Shown here piece after piece: positions 56,401 to 64,000 of a DNA stretch of 64,000 nucleotides. The stretch is taken from the NCBI GenBank assembly GCA_002269645.1, contig NIVC01001487.1, forward strand, positions 62,001 through 126,000, written 5' to 3'. Numbering within the stretch: position 1 is the stretch's first letter; every line of letters begins with the position of its first letter. The notes below the pieces were generated by a model. That model was not told the origin of the DNA, ran no database searches, and worked only from the letters and a program-made list of their open reading frames with translations. This DNA is from Macrostomum lignano (taxonomy: Eukaryota). Both the position numbers and the translations under genes were made by a program.

Positions 56401-59400
56401 TGGAGAATCCAAATCTACTAAATCTCACCCTGGAGAATTCAAATCTACTAAATCTCACCCTGGAGAATCCAAATCTACTAAATCTCACCCTGGAGAATCC
56501 AAATCTACTAAATCTTAACCCTCAGAATCCAAATACACTAAATCTCACACTATACTCCAAAACAACAAAATCTCAGTCTAGAAGACACCCAACTCACAAA
56601 ATCTCAGTCTAGAAGACACCCAACCCACAAAATCTCAGTCTAGAAGACACCCAACCCACAAAATCTCAGTCTAGAAGACACCCAACCCACAAAATCTGTC
56701 TAGAAGACACCCAACCCACAAAATCTGTCTAGAAGACACCCAACCCACAAAATCTGTCTAGAAGACACCCAACCCACAAAATCTGTCTAGAAGACACCCA
56801 ACCCACAAAATCTGTCTAGAAGACACCCAACCCACAAAATCTCAGTCTAGAAGACACCCAACCCACAAAATCTGTCTAGAAGACACCCAACTCACAAAAT
56901 CTCAGTCTAGAAGACACCCAACCCACAAAATCTCAGTCTAGAAGACACCCAACTCACAAAATCTCAGTCTAGAAGACACCCAACCCACAAAATCTCAGTC
57001 TAGAAGACACCCAACTCACAAAATCTCAGTCTAGAAGACACCCAACTCACAAAATCTCAGTCTAGAAGACACCCAACTCACAAAATCTCAGTCTAGAAGA
57101 CACCCAACTCACAAAATCTCAGTCTAGAAGACACCCAACTCACAAAATCTCAGTCTAGAAGACACCCAACCCACAAAATCTCAGTCTAGAAGACACCCAA
57201 CTCACAAAATCTCAGTCTAGAAGACACCCAACCCACAAAATCTGTCTAGAAGACACCCAACCCACAAAATCTCATTCTAGAAGACACCCAACCCACAAAA
57301 TCTGTCTAGAAGACACCCAACCCACAAAATCTGTCTAGAAGACACCCAACCCACAAAATCTGTCTAGAAGACACCCAACCCACAAAATCTGTCTAGAAGA
57401 CACCCAACCCACAAAATCTGTCTAGAAGACACCCAACCCACAAAATCTGTCTAGAAGACACCCAACCCACAAAATCTCAGTCTAGAAGACACCCAACTCA
57501 CAAAATCTCAGTCTAGAAGACACCCAACTCACAAAATCTCAGTCTAGAAGACACCCAACCCACAAAATCTCAGTCTAGAAGACACCCAACCCACAAAATC
57601 TGTCTAGAAGACACCCAACCCACAAAATCTGTCTAGAAGACACCCAACCCACAAAATCTCAGTCTAGAAGACACCCAACCCACAAAATCTCAGTCTAGAA
57701 GACACCCAACTCACAAAATCTCAGTCTAGAAGACACCCAACTCACAAAATCTCAGTCTAGAAGACACCCAACCCACAAAATCTCAAGCCACAATTCACAG
57801 TCTCACCGTTGGGAAGGCGGCATTTATAGGGAATCCCCCGCTGGCGGAAGTCTTTACCTCCATTAACGGCGAGATGATCGAGGCGGCCGGAGCAGGTGGC
57901 GCGAACTTCTGACCGATTGGCCTGAGCAGAGGCGCCGGTTCGTCGAAATTGTCCAATGAGTTCAAGTAGCTTTGCGACTTCTTAGCGCCCTGCTGCTGCT
58001 GCTGCTGCTGCTGGGCGGCCGCGGGCAGGGCAGCGGCGAAGCCGGGGGCGGAGTCCGGTGTGAGAAGAGACTGGCTGGCCTGCGGATCGGAAAGGTCAAA
58101 TGAAGGTCAAATTGCGCTAAATAATCAAATGAAAATCAGCCTTGCGCTTTTACTGCCAGTTGGTGCAGGTTAAGCAAGCCTGATGGTGGTTAGTACGACA
58201 AGAATGTCGCAGTGAGTAAGGTAGTTACACTAGAATCTTAAGTGTCAGGGAACAGAGATGGAAATCTCCAACTGTCTACTAGCAGTAGGCTGTACCCAGC
58301 TTAGCATAGCCGGCAAAATCGCTCACCGACTGAGAGGCGGATGCCGACGCGGCAGCAGCAGCCGAGTAGAGCGACGCCGTCTGCGGCTGCGGCGGCTCGT
58401 CGTTGAAGTCGTCCAAAGAGTTCAAATAGTCGCCCCCGCCGCGGCCCACCATCGGCTGGCTGTGGTCCGGGCTGAGCAAGGAAGCCGGCCGGGCAGCGGG
58501 CAGGCCGGGATCGTAGCCGCCATAGTACACCTGCTGCTGCTCCTCCGCCTCGTCTCCTGGTGGAATCAAAGCTACGGCAGGCTGCAGACTCTGCCTGGCC
58601 TGCTCAATAAAACGGGCCACGTTGAACTGGTCATCGCACTGCAGATTCCACAGGTGAAGTTCTTCGTGCCCGTGCGGGAACGGGCACTCCAAGCCGAGCT
58701 GACAGCGCTGCTTGCGGGCGAAGTGCCGGCAGAAATTGGTGAACTCCTGCCTGAAGTAGTCGGGCGGCGGCCGGATCAGCTTCCAACCTTCGGAGGCTTT
58801 CTCGCGCTGGCAGACGAACAGGCAGTCCAGCTGGCAGGCGTGGCAGGAGCTGTGGTTGTCCAACATGCAGTAGGCGAACCCGTTCTGCCCGAGCAGCTCG
58901 GCCACGCAGTCCAGACAGCCCAGGCGGTACTGGTGCGTGCTGTCTAGCGGGAACTCCAGCTGATCTGCGTCCGCCTCCGCCTCGTTGCCATAGTCTTCTG
59001 AGTCCTTAGCAACGCTGTACATGGTATCGTAGCTGGCGGTGTCGCTGTAACCATAGAGACCGGATGAACCGCCGAAGGAGGAAGCCTGTATGGGGATTAA
59101 ACCGAGTTGATGAACAGCACGACCGGCGTTCTTGGGATTTAAGAGGGTGGCCCAGCAACTGGGGATCTGGGAGGCTGGCCCAGCAACTGAGGATCTGGGA
59201 GGCTGGTGGCCCAGCAACTGAGGATCTGGGAGGCTGGCCCAGCAACTGGGGATCTGGGAGGCTGGCCCAGCAACTGAGGATCTGGGAGGCTGGACCAGCA
59301 ACTGACACTCTGGGAGGCTGGCCAAGCAACTGAGGATCTGGGAGGCTGGCCCAGCAACTGAGGATCTGGGAGGCTGGCCCAGCAACTGACACTCTGGGAG

Positions 59401-62255
59401 GTTGGCCCATCAACTGAGGATCTGGGAGGCTGGTGGCCCAGCAACTGAGGATCTGGGAGGCTGGTGGCCCAGCAACTCAGGATCTGGGAGGCTGGCCCAA
59501 CAACTGACACTCTGAGAGGCTGGCCCAGCAGCTGGGGATCTGGGAGGCTGGCCAAGCAACTGAGGATCTGGGAGGCTGGCCAAGCAACTGAGGACCTGGG
59601 AGGCTGGCCCAGCAGCTGGGGATCTGGGAGGCTGGCCAGGCAACTGAGGATCTGGGAGGCTGGCCCAGCAGCTGGGGATCTGGGAGGCTGGCGGTGGTGA
59701 CCCAAGAGAGTGGAATGTATGGATCGAAGCTCCAGACTCACAGGCTGTGCAGAACTGTCTCCGAGTCCAAAGTTCGAAATTCGAGCGGCGGCCGCCTGGG
59801 CTGGCGGTGGCTTTTTCTGCGGACTTGCCGCCGCCGTGTTGACTTTCAGCTGGTCGACAATGTACTGGATGGTCAATGACCCACGAGCCTGCAGATTCCA
59901 CAATTCGCACTCCACATCCGAATGCGGATCCTCGCACTCGTCGCCATGGAAACACTCGCCGAACGTGGCCTGATTTGAGCACAGCTCGTACACGTAGCTG
60001 TAGCCGAGATCGACTTCTTTCGGCATTCGAACCACATACCAGGTGGTTTCTTTAAGGAGGCGGGCAATGAGGCAATCGCGGGAGCAAGTCTCGCAGGGGG
60101 CATCTGCTCGATTGCCATTGTCATCCACGCAGTTGGCGCAGGCCAGGTCGAATGCGAACTTGCTGAGTTCGGCAGCTGAATTGTCCTGCTGCTGGCAGGA
60201 ATAATAGCTGGAAGAAGTGGCAGATACTGAGGCAGAGGCGGCAATCGGAGCCGAAGAAGACATCGAGCCGGAAGCATATGCTGGCGCATTCGCCGATACG
60301 GAAGCAGAAAACTGGGCGCTGTTGCTGCTGTTGCTTTTGCTGGCCTTTGCGTACTGTTGTGTAATGGGTGGTGGCGGCGGTGGAGGAGGAGGCGGATGCA
60401 GCTCAGCAGCGGACTGACTGGTTGGTGGAGCATCAACCGGAGACCTGGTGACCTGGTTGGCGGTCCAGCTGAACAGAGCTCCGATTGGGGGCAAATGGGG
60501 CTGCTGCTGAACAACTTTCGGTGGGATTTCGGCAGTCATTAAAGGCTTGACTGGTGCTGGCTCGGCAGGCTTTCGCTGCTGTTTAGGCGTTTCGCCATTG
60601 TGTTTAGCGATGAACCCGGCAACCGTGAATGCGTCCATATAGTTTTTGTCGAAATTCCACAGCTCTGTTTCAATTTCGGAATGCCCGAAGGTGCAGTTCT
60701 CGCGGCAAGGATAGCCCCCCTTGGATTTGTAGCATCGATAATAATTACCGGTATAACCCGGACGAGCTACCCGTGGTCGAATCAGTTTCCACAGAGTTTC
60801 ACCAGGCTCCTTGGCAAACAGCTGGTTTCGTGGACAATTGTGCTTCTGTGGCTTGGTCGCAATTTCATAATCATATATCCGACCATCGGCAGGCTTCGAA
60901 CAGTCGGAGCACGCCAAGCAGAGATCCCACTTGGCTAGGAAGGGAAAATCGCCATCCTTGATCAGTTTCAGTGGCTCGGCTGAAGAAGACTGGCCAGCGG
61001 AACCTACGCCGCCGCCGCCACTTTTTTTCCCACCAGCTGGCACAGTCTGCCACGAAGTCTCAGCCAGAGCTTGACGAAACTGCTCAGTTTCCTGCTCGTG
61101 AATTCTTGTGTCTTTCAATTTAACCGATTCTTTCTCAGCAGCAGTTGCCTGCTTGGCAATATTAGCCTTCTCAGACTGTTTTGTCACAGCGTTCTGCTCA
61201 GACGAATCGCTTGATTTTTGCTTGGAAGACTTCTTCTTTTTCTTATTGCCACTTTGATCCGCTTGCTGCTGCTGCTGCTTTTGGTTTTCTTTGGCTGCGG
61301 CAGCTGCTGCTTTCTTTTCGTTCTCTTTTGCTTGCCGCTCTCTTTCTAATCTCTGCTTCTCCTCTTGCTTTTGTTTTTCCTGCTTTTGCCTCTCTTTCTC
61401 TTGTCTTTGCCGCTCTTCCTGCCGCTCTTTTTCTTGCTTCTGCTTCTCAAGACGCTGCTTCTCCTGCCTCTCCATTTCTAGACGTTTTGCTTTTTCTTGT
61501 TTCTCTTTTTCAAGACGCTGCCTTTCCTTTTCTTGCCTTTCCTTTTCCAGACGCTGCTGCTCCAAACGTTGTTTCTCTTTTTCTTTCGCTTGTATCTGCT
61601 TTTTATAAGCCTCGTCTTTGTCTTTCTTTTGCTGCTGCAATTTAAGTTCCTCGGCAGTGTTGTCTTCCCTAGAAACCGAAGCCTGCTTGTGCCGGCCATT
61701 TGGAGCGGGCACGGCGACTCCGGTGGCTACTCGAACTCCGCCAGTTCCACTCTCAGTTGTTACCCGGACTTTGCTGAGCTCCGAGTCCGACCAATCCGAC
61801 AGGGGGTCGTCAATCACGGAATCTTCAACGCTATCGTCATCGGAGCTGTCGCCGCAGCCACCGTAGTGCTCAACAAGATCCTGTGAGGCGGACTTTGCCG
61901 CTTCATGTCTTGAATCTTTGGCGTCATCTTCCTGGCCTGCACGCGACGAAGCCAAGTCCCCCGACTGGTCCGGGCGTCTCTGCTGCTGCTTACTGAACTC
62001 TGCGGCAACATTCACCTCGGGTATGGAGGAGGAGGAGGTGGCCGAATCAGACCGCGCCTCGTGTCGATTGACGCTGCTGTTATAAGGCTGCGAGGCTGGC
62101 GGCGGCGGGCGATATTCGGCCAGGAATTCGAGCTCGTTGTCGCTATCCGCCGGTTCCAGAGCTGGCACGGACTCGCCAGTTTGGCTGCCCATCCAGCCGC
62201 AGAGGATTGGAATTAATAAATAGCGGAATAGCATTCTGCACAGGCAGAGCAGCAT
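53463..62255 (-). CDS. Multi-zinc-finger RNA-binding-like protein with five ZC3H7/HELZ2-type CxxC...CCCH modules, 6 exons, ~1470 aa
   Basis: Exons 62255-59742, 59085-58327, 58079-57807, 56142-55769, 54705-54266, 53518-53463, with phases 0,0,0,2,1 consistent. Five repeats of CxxC...C...WxxIR...C-x-C-x-C-xxx-H-xxx-E-xx-W (module 5 is more divergent). N-terminal acidic region and K/E/Q coiled coil. Start could alternatively be 62234 or 62192. Confidence 0.82.
59140..59695. repeat. 28-bp minisatellite in intron 1 of the zinc-module gene
   Basis: Same unit as the 46300 and 52680 arrays. Confidence 0.95.
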
Positions 62256-63136
62256 TTCGCTGCCGAGATTTTGCTTCGAGTCTAAATAAAATTGATGCTA
62301 CCAAATGCTTATAAAATGCGGCTTCTTGCCAGCTTGCCAGTCTTCGACACAACCTGACTGGCCAAAAAAGCCAGCCAATTGGCATCGGCTCCCTGCTCTC
62401 AAACTAAAAGAGGCGGGAGGAGTAATTTTACCTGCTCTTTTTCCATTCTATCGATTTTTTGGAATTCTGTTTTTGGGTGTGGCCTCTATCATGTCCCCTT
62501 ATCTGCTTTGGACTGCTTTTATTCTTTTTGGGCAGCCCGCACTGATGATAAACAGCTCAATAATGCAAAGAAATTGAAAGCCTGCCTTGCCAGGACACTG
62601 ACTGACTGACTGATTAGTAAATGATGCAGGGTGTGCCGCTTGGAACATATGTGGCCCATTCCAAGTCCAATACAGGTGACTAACTGGGTAGAAAGTCAAC
62701 ACCCTTGTTTACAAAGGTAAATTTACAGTAAAATGAGCTTAGCATTAGGCATGAGCAGTCTCTGTCTTCTAAACTTTTCGAAGATAGAGAAGATAAATTT
62801 TTATATCAGATCAGATTATGAAAATTGCAGATTTTTCTACCTAATCAAGATGACTGACTATTGCAATAAAGTAAAGCTAGTAGCCCTGTATACAATAGCC
62901 CTAAACAAGGAAATATGAAATATGATGTAACTTTTTAAAAGAAATTGTATCTTTAAGCAATTTTTATAAGACTCACAAATTTTTCATTAACTTTTAGTAA
63001 CTTTTTACATGGTATTACATAGTGTAACAAGGAAACTAGATAAAATAGTATTAAAAAATAGTCAATCCTATATCTTCTTCTAATCTTCTTCTAAATCTAT
63101 CTTCTATCTAATCTTCTATCTATCTATCTAATCTAA

Positions 63137-63482
63137 TCTAAATATACTAAATCTCTAAGGTTTGTTTGTATGTTTGTCCATAACGCTCTAGAGCGAGAAA
63201 TTCTTCACCGATTTTGATCGCGTTTTCGCCAAAAGATTTGTAATCAGCCTGGGATTGTATGGTTAAAATTTCTTGTATCTGCTTCAATGCTAAAGGGATT
63301 AAGTATTCGAAAAACCGTTTTAAATGGCCTTTTTCAATGCAAATTTTATCAGCGAGAAACTTCACAGTCAATTTTAATTGATTGCGCCAGAGCCAACTGA
63401 TAAGAAAACTGACTGGGCCCCACTTAAAGGGGGGCAATAAAAAAATTATTCTGGCTGCTGGCAGCCAGCTCTAATTAGCTAG
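63137..63482 (+). mobile_element. Non-autonomous Helitron (copy 1)
   Basis: 5' TCTAAATATACTAAA...GTTTGTTTGT...ACCGATTTT. 3' hairpin GGCTGC-TG-GCAGCC (63453-63466) followed by CTAG|T. Confidence 0.78.
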
Positions 63483-63505
63483 TATTCTATCTTCTTCTTC
63501 TATCT

Positions 63506-63971
63506 TCTAAATATACTAAATCTCTAAGGTTTGTATGTTTGAATGCTTGCTTGTCCATAACGCTCTAGAGATTGCAATTCTTCACCGATTTTGATCGCGT
63601 TTTCGCCAAAAGATTCATCTAAATATACTAAATCTCTAAGGTTTGTATGTTTGAATGCTTGCTTGTCCATAACGCTCTAGAGATTGCAATTCTTCACCGA
63701 TTTTGATCGCGTTTTCGCCAAAAGATTCAAAATTGTCTGGAAAGAAGACAGTTAAAATTTCTTTAATCTGCTTCAATGCTAAAGGGATTAAATATTCGAA
63801 AAACTGTTTTAAATGGCCTTTTTCAATGCAAATTTTATCAGCCAGAAACTTCACTGCCAATTTTAATTGATTGCGCCAGAGCCAACTGATAAGAAAACTC
63901 ACTCCGCTCCACTTAAAGGGGGGCAATAAAAAAATTATTCTGGCTGCTGGCAGCCAGCTCTAATTAGCTAG
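63506..63971 (+). mobile_element. Non-autonomous Helitron: truncated copy (63506-63617) plus full copy (63618-63971)
   Basis: Same 5' end; the full copy sits at A|TC...CTAG|T with the same GGCTGCTGGCAGCC hairpin. Confidence 0.78.
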
Positions 63972-64000
63972 TCCTTCCTTTATTTTATTTATCCTATATA

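Larger units (their letters stand above)
45018..57816. repeat. Direct tandem segmental duplication: copy 1 45018-51301, copy 2 51302-57816
   Basis: The same order of unique and repeat blocks occurs in both copies (offset ~6.3-6.5 kb). Junction ...CCGTTGGGAAG|AATTGAGTTTAGG... at 51301/51302. Confidence 0.95.

Noticed and set aside
59139-59741. C-terminal part of the 1038-aa ORF
   Set aside because: It lies beyond the GTGAGT donor at 59741 and is intronic minisatellite; the true frame resumes at 59085.

Overview
Eukaryotic (animal) genomic DNA; no CRISPR or rRNA/tRNA genes. It has GC-rich exons with poly-Ala/poly-Gln tracts, and introns largely filled by 15-43 bp minisatellites. Unpaired splice acceptors sit just upstream of most start codons. 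This style suggests a free-living flatworm such as Macrostomum (inference only). Gene models read by hand with GT-AG boundaries and phase checks: a frameshifted tetraspanin-like paralog (-), a complete tetraspanin (-), an intronless isopentenyl phosphate kinase (-), a multi-pass membrane protein (+), a 5'-incomplete Fem-1 ankyrin protein (+), a second complete tetraspanin (-), a forkhead transcription factor (-), and a ~1470-aa protein with five ZC3H7/HELZ2-type zinc modules (-). The last three exons of the zinc-module gene are tandemly duplicated in a ~6.3-6.5 kb block. Mobile DNA includes a tRNA/CORE-type SINE, stacked non-autonomous Helitrons and degenerate LINE/mariner remnants. Most long ORFs in the supplied track are read-throughs of tandem repeats.
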